Assembly (NCBI RefSeq): GCF_009914755.1
Contig: NC_060926.1
Source of the DNA: the human T2T-CHM13v2.0 reference genome, Homo sapiens
Reading direction: 5' to 3' (one strand)
Length of the DNA: 64,000 bases
How positions within the stretch are numbered: position 1 is the stretch's first letter; the number at the start of each line of letters is the position of its first letter. Below, one piece after another: positions 1 through 13,950 of this stretch. The position numbers and the translations under genes are program-made. The notes beneath the pieces were generated by a model that saw only the letters and a program-made list of their open reading frames with translations, ran no database searches and was not told the origin of the DNA.

Positions 1-528
1 ATGTCTGCCTTCTCAACCAGAGTATGAGCTTGAGGACAAGGATAGTCTTTAATCATCAATTTCCTGAGCTCCTGAGGCTAGAATGGCTGGGTGATAACAG
101 GTAGTAATTTAATGTGTGATGAATGAATATAAGCTACTCATTAAAGTCCCAGCCCCCTTTCCCCAATACTCCTGATTTTCACAGAAAACAAATTTGTTGC
201 CTACTATTTCTGTGGGACCCAGTTGTTGCAGAGTCCTTCACAATAGCTTATCTTAATAGGTTGGAATGTGTTATTCTCAATTCTGACATGATCTGCCTGC
301 TGGTTGCTTCTGCCCACACATCTTCCACTTCAGCTAGGTGTTTTCAATTACCATGCCAGCCCAGACTGACAGTAATCGGATTGGTTTCTGCCACCACAGA
401 AACCATAAAACAGCTTTGAGTCTAATTTGATCTCCTGTCTTCCAGGCACAGTCTTAACTTCAGACTTCTGTTTATGTAAACAGTAGATGGCCTTATGTTT
501 TAAGCCACTGTTAGTTTGGCATTTAATT

Positions 529-691
529 TTTTTAAATGTCATTTTATTTTAGACTCGGGGTACCTGTGCATGTTTGTTACATGGGCATATTGCATACTGG
601 TGGGATTCTAGTGTACCCATTCTAACGTACCCATTACCCAAATAGTGAACGTTGTACCTGAAGGATAATTTTTCAACCCTTGCCTCCCTGA
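529..691 (-). mobile_element. 5'-truncated 3' end of an older primate L1 (L1PA-late/L1PB-like)
   Basis: Resembles the reverse complement of an L1 3'UTR (ggggtacctgtgcatgtttgttacatggg...acccaaatagtgaac); catttaatt repeated at 520-528 and 692-700 as probable TSD. Confidence 0.75.
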
Positions 692-2021
692 CATTTAATT
701 AATTGCAGTGAAAAGAAACCTAGCTGATAAACATATGAAAAAACAGTTTTAAATTGCATTAAGAGAAGGACACATGACATTTAGGGAGGCAGAAAAGGAA
801 TGAGGGGAAGAGCAAGGAAGCATTGAAGTGAGGAGTGAGGAAGAATTAACCTAGTGAGGCTTTATGTTATCAACAAGTCATACACAGAGTATTAAATAAG
901 ACAGAGGCATGGTTTGGTGAAAAGGAGACAAAGGCATTCTTGAGTAGGCATATTTAATGACTTTGAGATAGGAGAAAGTAAGGGAATGCATTTTCCCACA
1001 GAAAGCAACAAACTACTTACAAATAAACATTTGGAACACAAGGATACATGAGATAGCAGACCTCACTATCCTAAATAATGGAAGACATTATTTATACAAA
1101 TAACAGACATTATTTCTGAATAATGGAGGGACAATTGTACTGGGTTGCATAATGGTGACATCAGGGGAGCAGAGTTCCAGTGCTACTGTGGACAATGACT
1201 CAGGAACATCCTAGCACCACCGAGATCACATGTGCAGGGTGTCGAAAGCAGATCTGTATTGTCCCAGTTACACCATCAAATCAGAGCATGGCTTAGAGCT
1301 GGCCACTTAATACTTCTCAGTTTCTTCATTTTCAGAAAAAGGGATATGAACCTGAAGACTCAGGGTGCTTTCAACTCTCCATTCATGGCTCAATGATCCC
1401 AAAGTTGAAAGCCTTTCCTCCTACAAGTTCTGTCTTAATGACCTTATGTTTTCTGAATCTTTGTTTAAAACATGTTAATTAAAGTTCCTAAAAATTACAA
1501 AATAAAAGTGTAAGAGTGGGGCATTGGGGAAGGTTATCGAGAAAAAATTATGTTTCCTACCATAAATTTTCCAAATTAAATTGCTTCTCACTCAGTTTTT
1601 TGCCTTTACTACTTTGACTGCTTGTTGCTTTTAGCCCATTAGATAGGAGAATAATTTTCTAAGTTATATTTCAAGCTCTAAGTTTCATCTATAATAAATA
1701 ATGACAATATTTCCTTTCTACTTCTGGGCTTATGGACAATAATCATAATATTTTTTAATTTTCAGAAGAGTGAAAACATTTTCCTTTCTCAGAGAACAGG
1801 CAGTTTCAAGGATAACATTTGCAGTGTGCAGTACACCCCTATTAGAAAAATAGCTTCTTTATAATAGAGAAAAAAATGGTGGCCTATGATATGCTGGATA
1901 AAGTTCTGGTTCCCGTGGAAACCGCACATGGCCACCTGATGATCTTGGATCAAACAGCCGCACACAGCATCTCAGTTTACATTGTAAAATGGAAAGTAAT
2001 CAAAAACTCACAAGTGAAAAT

Positions 2022-2095
2022 TCATGAGGCAATTCGCCAAATGTCAACAATGGCTTTGGACACACTTAGACATGCAGGACATGACTTAGAACCAC
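2022..2095 (-). CDS. Candidate terminal coding exon (GGSKSCPACLSVSKAIVDIWRIAS*) of an unrecognised spliced ORF
   Basis: Minus-strand acceptor ctcctaatgttcgtag| at 2096; phase 1 matches the upstream candidate exon; TGA at 2024-2022. No homology recognised. Confidence 0.2.
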
Positions 2096-2522
2096 CTACG
2101 AACATTAGGAGAGAATCTTAAGAAGTTAATTTCATCAAATCTACCTGCCTCCAAAATTAAATTTGTGAGAATGAATAAACTATATATTTCTTTTTAAAAA
2201 ATTATATATGTTAAAATTTATTTGACTAGGGGGATGTATTAAGGATGCCCTTTTAAAAGCAGGACATATGTTTCTCCGAATGCCAAATGTCTTCCTAAAT
2301 ACTGTCTTACATGCTCTTTAGTAGTATTTAGCTTTGTAATATATATGAATGATAAATGTTTCTTAAGCTACACAATAATGTGAATGATTAATTACAATAT
2401 CACTTAAAAGCTTTTGTTTTTAACCTGGGGAAACATACGGATACGGAGAGTTATGTTTAGTTGTTGTTGTTTTTTGGGTTTGGTTTTTTTTGTTGTTGTC
2501 TGAACTTCATCTCATTTTTTAC

Positions 2523-2717
2523 CCTTTTGGCCATGTCGTGAAGGATAATTAAATTTGTATTGAGTTTTGTGAACCCCGTGGAGAAAAGATTTATATCCAC
2601 CTAGGAAATCTTGGAAGCATGAAGTTTTGTACACAAATTCTGGGATTTCTGTTGTTAGCTTGTTAGAAATCTTGAGATTTAGCCAAGAAGCAGAAATATA
2701 GAGCATATCTAGAGAAT
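2523..2717 (-). CDS. Candidate 195-nt symmetric (phase 1-1) exon, DSLDMLYISASWLNLK...PSRHGQK
   Basis: Strong acceptor cagtttttcttcctccag| at 2718; donor AAGG|gtaaaa at 2522; open frame coincides with ORF 2512..2706. Confidence 0.3.
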
Positions 2718-3769
2718 CTGGAGGAAGAAAAACTGGGTAAAGATTGAGATATTCAAATTGTTCAGTCTTTTTCAGAACTTAAAGGAAAATATCTAAAGTA
2801 AAATTATCTAAATAAGATTGGGTATAGAATAGAGGCACTCTAAGAACTGATATTTGAAATCAGATATATTAATATAAAGACTGATGGTATTCAACCATAA
2901 ATGGCTGGGTTTATGCATAATTACTTTAAGTATAGAGTCATGAACAACATTTCTGTCAATAATTGTTATCATAGGAGAATTTCAAGGTAGATGCACAACC
3001 ACATTCAATAGGAAAAATATATAAACTGATATTATAATAAATCCCTTAAGCCTTTTCTTGTGTGTGAATGGGAATGCATATTTAGATATGACATTTGATG
3101 GTAAAATCATGCACTGAGTACTGAATATACACAGAAACCATGTTTTCAGAACATTTAAAGAGCACTAAAACTGTACGTAAAAAAAATTTTTATAGATGCT
3201 ATTAGTGAAGCATTTTTAAGAGTGAAATGATTCATAAGAAACATTACTGTTAATTATTAATAAACAATATCAGCTGGGAAAACACCAAGTTTTCTGTGGT
3301 ATGCCAAATGTATGGCGCATAACACTGGGGACAGCCATTGTCAGCACAGCCATGTGTTAAGTCAGAGGGCAGGGAAAAGGGTACAGGTTAAAAAATGAAA
3401 GCTCTTCTTTTCTGAAAATGTCCACATGCAACTTCCAGCCAGCTAGCCAAGAAGACCTAGAGACTGTTTCTTCTGATCTGTATTTTGGGAAGCCTCTCCA
3501 AGTTTTCACTGGTTTATTAAAGGCCAGTTCTATATAAATTACCTTGATTGATATTTTCACAGGTACACCTTTCTGGTGATCAGTTAAGCCTTGGGAAACA
3601 TTCCCTTCCATTTAAAACAAAACAAAACAAAGCAAATTAGAGAGTCAGCGTGGACCATATTCTCACAAAAGCTGCCCTTGGCTGAAATCTTTATTGAGTA
3701 AAAAATTATTTCCATATTCATTACACCATGCTCATGAATTGGAAGACTTGGTGTCAGTTTTCCCCAAAA

Positions 3770-4280
3770 TTGATCTCCATGCAATCACAATAAAAATTCC
3801 AGCAGGTGTGTGTGTATGCGTGTGTGTGTAAATTGACAGTCTCACTCCAAAATGTGTATGAAAAGCAAAGAGCCAAGAATAACCAAGACAGTCTCAAAAA
3901 AGAAGATCTAAGCTGGAAGCTTTCCACTCCCAGATACCACGATTTATTGTAAAGTTACCATAATTAAGACAGTGTGGTATTGCAGCAAGAATAAACAGTC
4001 TGTAGGACAGAATGGAGCTTCCAGAAACAGAACTACATTTATGAACACCTGATTCATGACAAAAGTGACACTACAGTGCAGAGGGAAAAGGATTGTCTTT
4101 TCAATAAGTGATGCTAGGTCAACTGACGATCCATATGGGAAAAAAAGTTTATCTTGCCCCCTGTCTCACATATTCACAAAAATAAGTGCCAGATGGATTT
4201 TAAATCTTAATGTGAAAGGCAAAACTATAAAGCTCCTAGAAGAAAACACGGGAATGTTTTCAAGACCTTGGTAGGCAAGT
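3770..4280 (+). mobile_element. Ancient L1 (L1ME-like) ORF2 3' fragment with internal (TG)n at ~3806-3828
   Basis: Degenerate ORF2 motifs (aagacagtgtggtattg; ORF 4056 ...KISARWILNLNVKGKTIKLLEEN). Confidence 0.8.
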
Positions 4281-4439
4281 AAAGCTTGGTGGTATTTATT
4301 AAAATTATAATATATTTATAGCCATCATTTAAGAATTTCATGTTTAGGAAATTACCCTATTGAACGACTTGCACAGAGGCACAGAAATGTGTTGATTATT
4401 CTATTGGTCATTTTCTTCTACTAGCGTACTGTTATTGCC

Positions 4440-5640
4440 CAGCTTTCACGGCATTCTACTCTTCTAGTTTGTTCCTACCTTGCCAGCTATTTCTTCTTGG
4501 TCTTATTCACGGTTCTGCCCTGTGCCTTCATTCCTTCTAAGTTCTTTTCCCACATGATCCCCTGCAGTCTAATGGCTTGAAGCACCATCTAGATGCAGTG
4601 GCTCCCAATTTTTTATTTCTCTAGCTCATATCTCTCCCCTAAGCTTATATGTCTAACTTGCCATTACTACTTGGCTACCTAACAGGCATAGCTGATTTAA
4701 TACATTAAAAATGGCACTCTTCATCCTCAGCTTGACCAAAATTCATCGTTGCCCACTCTTCCCATCTTGGTAAGTGGCACCATCAGCCTCCCAGTTTGGG
4801 ACCCAGACCTAGGAGTCACCCATTACACTTTCTTTTTCTTGCCTGTCCACTCAATCCTTCTCCAAGATGACTGTTGCACTTTAATCCATTTACTTCTGTT
4901 TATTTCCACTGCCCTTATTGGAATCATTCTATCATTAAATCCCAATTAGGCAATTTAAATAGGCCCTTAGCTGCTTTTTCTAATTCAATTTTTCCCTTTT
5001 AATAGTTCATTTTCTCACCAGAATAATTTTTTAAATCATAAACAGGATCATGCCACTCTTCTTAAAACCTTAAATGGCTTCCCAATGCTTTCAGAATAAA
5101 ATGTAGACTCTTCCCTATGATAGCCTATAAAGCCCTGCCTTTTCCACTTCCTGCCGTATATGACCCACCTCACATCTCTCTACTTTCATCCTTGCCTTCT
5201 GTGCTCCAGCCACACTGGCCTCCCTTCTGTTCCTCAAGTACCCCAAGCCCTTTCTCCCTGCTGGGTCTCTGCATTTGCTTTTCCCTTTGCTCAGACTGGT
5301 CTAGCTCTTCAGACAGCTGCCTCGTTCTCATCCTTTAGGTCTATATTCAAATGTCGCCTAACAAGAGAAGTCTTCCCCGACCACCCTATCTAAAGCGATG
5401 TCATCAGTTGCTCTTTTCTCATCTCTTTATTTCCTTCATGGAAGTTAGCACTAACTGAATTATATAGTTATGCATATTTTTAGAATTAGTAATTACTTTA
5501 TTTAGTTATTAATGTATTTTCTTCCTGCTAAAATGTAAGCTGAATGAGGGCAAAGTCCATGCTTATGTGTCCTTTTTACCAGCACCTAATACGATTACTG
5601 GAAATGGAGGACACAAAAATTTTTTTGTTGAATTAAGGGA
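4440..5640 (+). mobile_element. L2 LINE fragment(s), 3' part
   Basis: L2 hallmarks: cttaaaaccttaaatggcttccc, ctccagccacactggcctccc, aatgtaagctgaatgagggc, agcacctaatac. Confidence 0.75.
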
Positions 5641-5944
5641 TACGCAAATTAAAACATTATATGTAATTATAAGAAACTGGAAATAATACAATGAACTGGA
5701 TAAATAAATTATGGCATCTTCCCATAATTAAATAGTATAAAGCCATTAAAAAGAATGATATCTGTATTTACTGAAATAAAGAATACACTTATGGGTTATC
5801 TTACATCATATAGCTGAGAAATTTAAAAAGCAATAGCCCTAAAAAGAATTGAAATACATTTGGTTAAAAACATATTCTACAACAGAGAATATGCACATAG
5901 GCAGGTTCCAGGACCTCAAGTGGTGAGTCCAAAGTTTTTCCCTG

Positions 5945-6159
5945 CCAGGGCTGTCATCTGGGGTAATTTTGCCCCAAGGAGATATTTGACCATGACTGCA
6001 GACATTTTTTATTGTCACAACTCGGGGCTTGTGGGGAGGTGCTATTGGCATCTAGTGAGTAGACACCAGGGTTGCTATTAAGCATCCTACAGTGCATGGG
6101 ATAGCTCCTTTTCAAAAGAATTATCCAGTTTCCAGTAGTGCTGAGGTAGAGAAACTCTG
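5945..6159 (+). mobile_element. MER20 (hAT-Charlie non-autonomous DNA transposon)
   Basis: attttgccccaaggagatatttg...tgtcacaact...tgctattggcatctagtgagtagacaccaggg...gctgaggtagagaaactctg. Confidence 0.85.
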
Positions 6160-7524
6160 GGTGGGAGGGAAGGGGGGGATGCAGCATATCTATCTGTCTA
6201 TCACTGTCTCATATCTGCGTGGAGATCTGAGCTACATGGAGTGGGGGTGCCACTTCAAGTCTTCACTTTAAAAAAACTGTGCCCACATCTGGCAGCTGTC
6301 ATGAGTCATAGTAATTGGCATGTTTACCAGCAACTATTAGAATAGCCGAAATATTTCCTAAGTCACTCAGCCTGAGTAATTTGCTAATTTTTAGTTGTTT
6401 TCTGCATAGTTCAGGCTTGAGATGCATCTCTAAAATATTGTAGGAGGTATCTGCTTTGCGACTACTTTTCTGCTTCTCTTCTCTGTGGATAATTAGAAGG
6501 ATTTATTCCCTGGAGATGTCAAGTAGGCACCTTTCTCATTACCTAAATTCACTTAGAGAAAAATAAATCAGTATACAGATGAAAGTACAGGAAGTGACCA
6601 TGGGAGTTGTTTTAATCCAGAGAAAATAAGTTCTCCTATGTATAATCAGAGAACTGCTGAAGAATTCTTCACCTCTCTTTTTTTTTTGGAATAACCTTCC
6701 TACATCCCCAAAACTGTGTTGAGGCAGAATTTATAACTTGCTTAATTTATATACAAAGAAGAGCCTCTCCTCTCTAGGTTTTTTTGTTTGTTTGCTTTTT
6801 TAATCAGTACAGCCTAAGTTCCAGGGTCGTGTGAGGTGAAAGGGGATCATACGTTTCCCAGGATAGAGTGAAAATATCAGTTTGAGTAGAAATAGTGTTA
6901 TTATCCATCTTTTAGAAAGATCCAATGAAAGAAAATCAGATATGTGCCAAGGAACAGCACAATCTGGAAGTTGCTGCATAAGGAGAAGGAAAATATTGCC
7001 AGAAGGCTGGGTATAAGCCTAGAATGGTGTTTCTCCAATTCAAAGTCATGGCTCTTGAGTTGAAACAGGACAAGTCACAGAAAGCCACTTCATCCTTCCC
7101 TATCTTAAGCATGGCTAGGGAGGAGAGATGGCAGGAAGCTCTCAGATGAAATGACATTCAGGGCTCTGGCTTCAAATGTTGGGCCCTGAGTCAGGGAAGA
7201 AGCAGGAGAAAGATGCTTTTACAGTTTGCTAACACAAGGCAAAATTATAAAACTGCACTTTTCTATCTCCATTCCCACGAGACAATTTGGGACTTCTTTT
7301 TCCTCTTCTAAGATGGTGGCAAAACATCGGAGGTAGTGAATATAGGGTGAGGAGTCTCAGGACTAAAAGTCTCTTGGAACCACCCTGAGTCCTGCATTCC
7401 CCCCAGAGGATCATGGGAGCATTGTGCACCACACCTTCCGACCCATCCTCATTCAAATATGCCTAATCTCAACCACCTCAAAATAGTGTGAAGAAAGGCA
7501 AAAGGCCTAGACTGAATAGTCTCT

Positions 7525-7755
7525 GCAAGAGTAAATGAGTGCAGGCTCTGGCACCAGGCTACCTGTGTTCAAATATCAGCTCCAGCACTCATACCTGCAA
7601 GATCTGGGGGGAAGTTACTGCCTCATCTTCCATTGATACAGGGCCAATGATGGTATCTACCTCTCAGAGTTTAGGGAAGGATTAAATAAGCGAATGCATG
7701 AAAAGCATCTAGCACAGTGTCTGGCCTATAATAAATGCTCAATAACTGTTCTTGG
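7525..7755 (+). mobile_element. MIR SINE
   Basis: MIR core and 3' end: ggttcaaat-like motif, aagttact, atctacctctcagagtt, aaagcatctagcacagtgtctggcc, aaatgctcaataa. Confidence 0.85.
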
Positions 7756-8049
7756 CTACTATTATCTCTATTAATAATGCCAAAGAAAACAATGTATCCA
7801 CTCCCAGGTGATAGCAGGAAGTCAAGAAGTGAAGATGTGTCAATTCTACAATCCTGGTGGTCAAGACTGAAGGGGGGATGATAATGATAGAGAACAGCCC
7901 TTCCTCTGTCACAAGGGCTCCTTGGCAAATTTATACTGATCCCATCTTAGGGAGGACTCAGGCCACACCCACCTCACTGCTAGGCCAAACAGTATACTGT
8001 CCCCGCAAGGTACCCTGCCCTCTGGAGACTGTGAGCCTTCCCTGGCTGT

Positions 8050-8462
8050 CAGCCTGGCACAGGCTTCCTCTCTCTTCTTTCTCTGAAAGAAGAGAAAGTC
8101 TAAGGGCTTTCTTTGACAGCCAGTGCCTGCTCTGCCAGATCCCACTCTGCCTGTGCACATGGCAGGCCAGAAATACCAGGAGATTGACACCCACCACCAA
8201 GGAGCAGCCCTCAACCAGTAAGTGCCTCAACCAAGTGCTCAACCATTGGTAAAATAATTCTAACGTGTGTTCTACACCGACTACCAGAAAGCCTAGCAAG
8301 ATTCCACTCCAGTCACCTAAAGGGGCAACTTGATATTGCATACTTTCTTCACTCCCCACCCTTCCCTGTCTCTTCTATGAGTTCTAGGTTCACCTTCCAA
8401 ATAAACTATTAGCACTGAATCCTTCAAAATCAGGATCTGCTTCTAGGGGAACCTAGGTTAAA
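8050..8462 (+). mobile_element. Old ERVL-class solo LTR (LTR16-like); 5' boundary uncertain
   Basis: 3' end aaataaactattagcac...caggatctgcttctaggggaacctagg is typical of LTR16-family termini. Confidence 0.5.
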
Positions 8463-8566
8463 ATAGGTATGGAGAGAAGTGTGTAAGAATCCTGCCTTTC
8501 AGGCTAGTAGGTTGATTACACCGAGGACTACAAAAAACAGATGGAGCTGCTCTTCCATGGGAATAA

Positions 8567-8605
<39 letters not shown>

Positions 8606-8623
8606 CCTACCTACCTATCTATC
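8567..8623 (+). repeat. Compound tetranucleotide microsatellite (TCTG)n(TCTA/CCTA)n
   Basis: Seen directly. Confidence 0.95.
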
Positions 8624-9513
8624 TTAGGCAAAGAGATGAGAGCTGGGATCAGGAGCTGGGTCTACATGCACATAATGGTAAGGTCTGAGGATGTAGGAAC
8701 AGAGCCCTGGTGGCATCTGTACGATATATACACATTTGCTCCAGAAAAGCCATGGAGAGAGGAGATGAGTGGCACAGAGCTGTGTACCAGAATGATGGAA
8801 AGAGAAGCCTAGGGGAGGTACAAGGACTAAGGAGAAGAATTATGTTAAACAAGGTATACGAGATGTTGAGGGCTATGGTAGATGCAATATAAACTTTTTC
8901 TCTGCCTCCCTGATGGAATCTTCAATAAAATCAGCATTGCCCAGTAAGGAGCTCAGTGGGAGTGGATTCTATTTGCTGATGGTCAGAGATGCCCTGTCCT
9001 TTATAATGCTGGGTGTGGCACAGCCAGAAAAATCACCTGTGGGGACATCTGACTTATATTTGTATCATTCACAACACCTGCTTCAGGGCTAAAGCACACA
9101 GTAACTTCCCACTGAATTCTTACTGAATGACTGAATAAATAAATGCACCTTTCCGTCTTTTGATAGGCACATCCATTAATAATCAATGATAATCACTTTC
9201 TGTGCTCTCTGGTTGAAATTACTTCAGTTGCAAAGCCTACCTATTCATATTTATTTCCCCACTCATGCCACTTCTATGTCAGTACAAACACACACACACA
9301 AACACACAAAATATGCACAGCTCTTCTAATATAGTCACTTGAACACACATAGAATTTAGTATTGGTGCTATTTAGCAAAGCTCAGAATAAAAACTCATTC
9401 AATCATCATTAAACAAATATTTATACAACAAATATTTATAAGTTATTGGAGAGTCAAAGATGAAAAAATAGGTTTCTTGTCTTCAAAGAGACCTCAGTAT
9501 GAATTATGGTCAT

Positions 9514-10196
9514 GAGTCTCTCTCCAACCCTTTTCCTTCGGTGTGAACCACTGGTGAATCATTCCATGGAAAATACCCAGGTCTCATTCACTTCCACTCT
9601 TTGGGGACAGACTTGCTGCACCATTAGCGTATTACCAGTCTTCTTTAAAGAAAACTCCCAAACTTGTCTTTGTCCTGGGAAGGTAGGAGTATGTACCAGA
9701 ATGTGAGCACATTTTTTATTATCTCTTTCATCTCCAGGCTTCCTTTCAACCACCTGCCTTCCCTGACATCCTGCCCAAAAGGCAAAACAGAGTTTCTGGA
9801 CATTTTGTTAAAAAAAAACCCAAAAAGTTGGAAAGCCCATTATTTGGACAGCACAGCCAATGTGTGTTGAAAGGCTATTCCAATGTAAGGCAGTTACAGA
9901 TCAAAACTGAGCCAAGAGCTCTATGCAGGGGTGAAGGAAAAGAAATAGAGGGCAAAATGGGACGGAGGTGGCTTGACGTACAAGGTGAGGGCTTTGTAAG
10001 AATCTATAAGCTTTCTACAAACAAACATAATTTTACAATTTAATTTATTACTGGCTTTAGGGACTGTCAGTGTTGTTCTTTGGAAATTACCCATTTGAAC
10101 ACCTCAGAAAATCTGATGGATAAAACAAAAAGTCGAGTCTCTCTCCAACCCTTTTCCTTCGGTGTGAAACACTGGTGAATCATTCCATGGAAAATA
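9514..10196 (+). repeat. 62-bp dispersed direct repeat (copies 9514-9575 and 10135-10196)
   Basis: gagtctctctccaacccttttccttcggtgtgaa[c/a]cactggtgaatcattccatggaaaata; 61/62 identical. Confidence 0.95.
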
Positions 10197-10606
10197 GGAA
10201 AAATAGTAAAGAGGCTTAAGTTGTAAGTTACAAATCTGACTTTAACCTTCAAAGAGAAAGAAAAATAGTTTCTGGCTTGAAAAAGAACAATTATGCACAC
10301 TTGCCTGTTTTCAGGCTCAATTCCACAAGCCCTTAGAAGATAAATCCAACTATAAATTACTATGTTAATGGACTTAGAATCCGAGTGGCACTGCATTGTT
10401 TGCTTTTTGTTTCTTTCTGCACTTGATTTGTGTTTAAAGAAGGCTTATTCCACCCTAACAAATTTATATAACGGATTTCAATGTATGTCTCCCTAATGTA
10501 AAATGATTTTTTAAAAGTATGACATTTAACAAGTAGTTTTATCTTCAAATAGCAAATATATATGTGATACATAAAACAGCAAACCAGTAAGTATTAAAGC
10601 AGGTAC

Positions 10607-10683
10607 CGGGTTCTTCGTCACATTGTCTGGGATGCCCTTTGCGGCTTTTATTTTTTCTCTTTCTTGTTTGAGTCTTTTCAATG
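10607..10683 (-). CDS. Candidate 77-nt exon (IEKTQTRKRKNKSRKGHPRQCDEEP, ends phase 1)
   Basis: Purine-rich and CpG-retaining; ag| at 10684 and |gtacct at 10606; both splice sites weak. Confidence 0.2.
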
Positions 10684-11857
10684 CTATTTTTTTAAAAACA
10701 TGCAACATTGTTCCTACCTTGAAAGAGTTTGCAGAAGAAATAATGTTTTATTTTCATGTAACAAATGGAAAATAATCTAGGGCTCTTGTTTTTTAAACTG
10801 AAAACTGTAGAAATTTAGAGAGGGGCAAGGTCATTTTAGGTTATAGATATTTAATAAAGATTAACTAATTAATTAATACCCGTTTGTGAATGACCACTAG
10901 ATAATGGTGAGGTTGGAACTAAGCATCGGAAAGCTGTAAAAAAGGCACTAAACAGGCATTCACTACAAGGATATGTAGGAGATGGGTGAGGGATGGGGGC
11001 AGGGTAGGCTGTGGTTGAAAAGAGCAAGTCCAAAGAATGTGATAAGATCAGAGAGGGGAGGTAGAATCTGGTGACAGAGAGACTGGAAGGAGTAAAGTGA
11101 TGGTAATTTTCCTTGCCATATCTGGGGCAAGTAATAATTTGTGTCTTCAAAGGAGCTATTATTATTTTTATTGACAAGTGATTAAATCAGTAAAATCTCC
11201 AGTCTTTAGTAAAAAATAAAATCTGGGTTTCTCCAATTGAAAGAAAAAAAGATTTCCTGAGGTTTAAGCAAACACTGAGGTGAAAACTCCAGTTCTCTTT
11301 TTGGTCATGACTAAGTGATGAATCATTCTCTTCAAACATCACAATATGTATTAAATAGCATAAAAATATAATTTTCAGGCATCTTAAATATATGAAGAGC
11401 CAGTATTTCCAGCTCTTAGGAACTAAAATATGTATGGAAAGAGAATTTAAAAAAATACAAGCCTAGACAAATACTTTTTTCTCCTGCTTTCTAAGCCAAT
11501 ATAAAATTAGTGTAACTTTGGCTGAAAGTGGGGATTATGGGAAAGTGTAATACACACAAGATTAATTGGGTCACATTGCAAAATCCGATGACTGATTTGA
11601 ACTTTCATGTTACCCAAACCAGTTTTGCTTGATTATTGAGAATCTTGAAGGTAGAAAAATCCAACTAAATAAACACTCAAAGATATTTTAGCATTTCTCA
11701 GTTTTTACTCTTACCTCAAGTTTTTCCTATGTATGAATTTAAGACCTTTAAACTTAGTTAATTATTATCTTGAAACTTATGTAAATGTGTGACTTCAGTT
11801 AAAAATACATTGCTAACTCATTAAAGGGAAATGACAAGAAACAGCATCATTTAAGTC

Positions 11858-12047
11858 AAGGGTTGGCAAACTTTTTCTTAAAAGGCTAGGTAGTAAATAT
11901 TTTAGGCTTATAATCATTAATAACTCCACTGTTATAGAGTCAAAGAAGCTACAGACAATATATAAACAAATAAGTATACTGTGTATCAATAAAATTTTAT
12001 TTATAAAAACAGGTGGTTGTCCCAGGGTCATAGTTTGACAATCTTTG
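11858..12047 (+). mobile_element. MER58A (hAT-Charlie)
   Basis: caagggttggcaaactttttc...aataaaattttatttataaaaacaggtgg...catagtttgacaatctttg with imperfect terminal inverted repeats. Confidence 0.85.
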
Positions 12048-12229
12048 ATCTAAATATTGCCATCATTAAGGTAACTGGTAAGCCTCTTCCAAGCTGAATA
12101 CCAGTATGAGCCCCCTCACTTCTATTTTATTACTATTTCCTGGGATGGGGAGTTGGTCCATGGAAATGGGACAATAGATGTTTTTGTGATAAACACTATT
12201 TTATTGATAAATGTTACTCCTTTTCAACT

Positions 12230-13950
<1,721 letters not shown>

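Noticed and set aside
1876-2121. 81-aa plus-strand ORF as a gene
   Set aside because: No recognised homology or clear exon structure; it overlaps the minus-strand candidate exon.
7857-8359. Overlapping 100-133 aa ORFs on both strands
   Set aside because: Locally GC-richer, probably LTR-derived sequence with few stops and non-ATG starts.
9514-10196. Direct repeats as a CRISPR-like array or LTR pair
   Set aside because: Only two copies, no regular spacers, no TG..CA ends or TSD, eukaryotic context.
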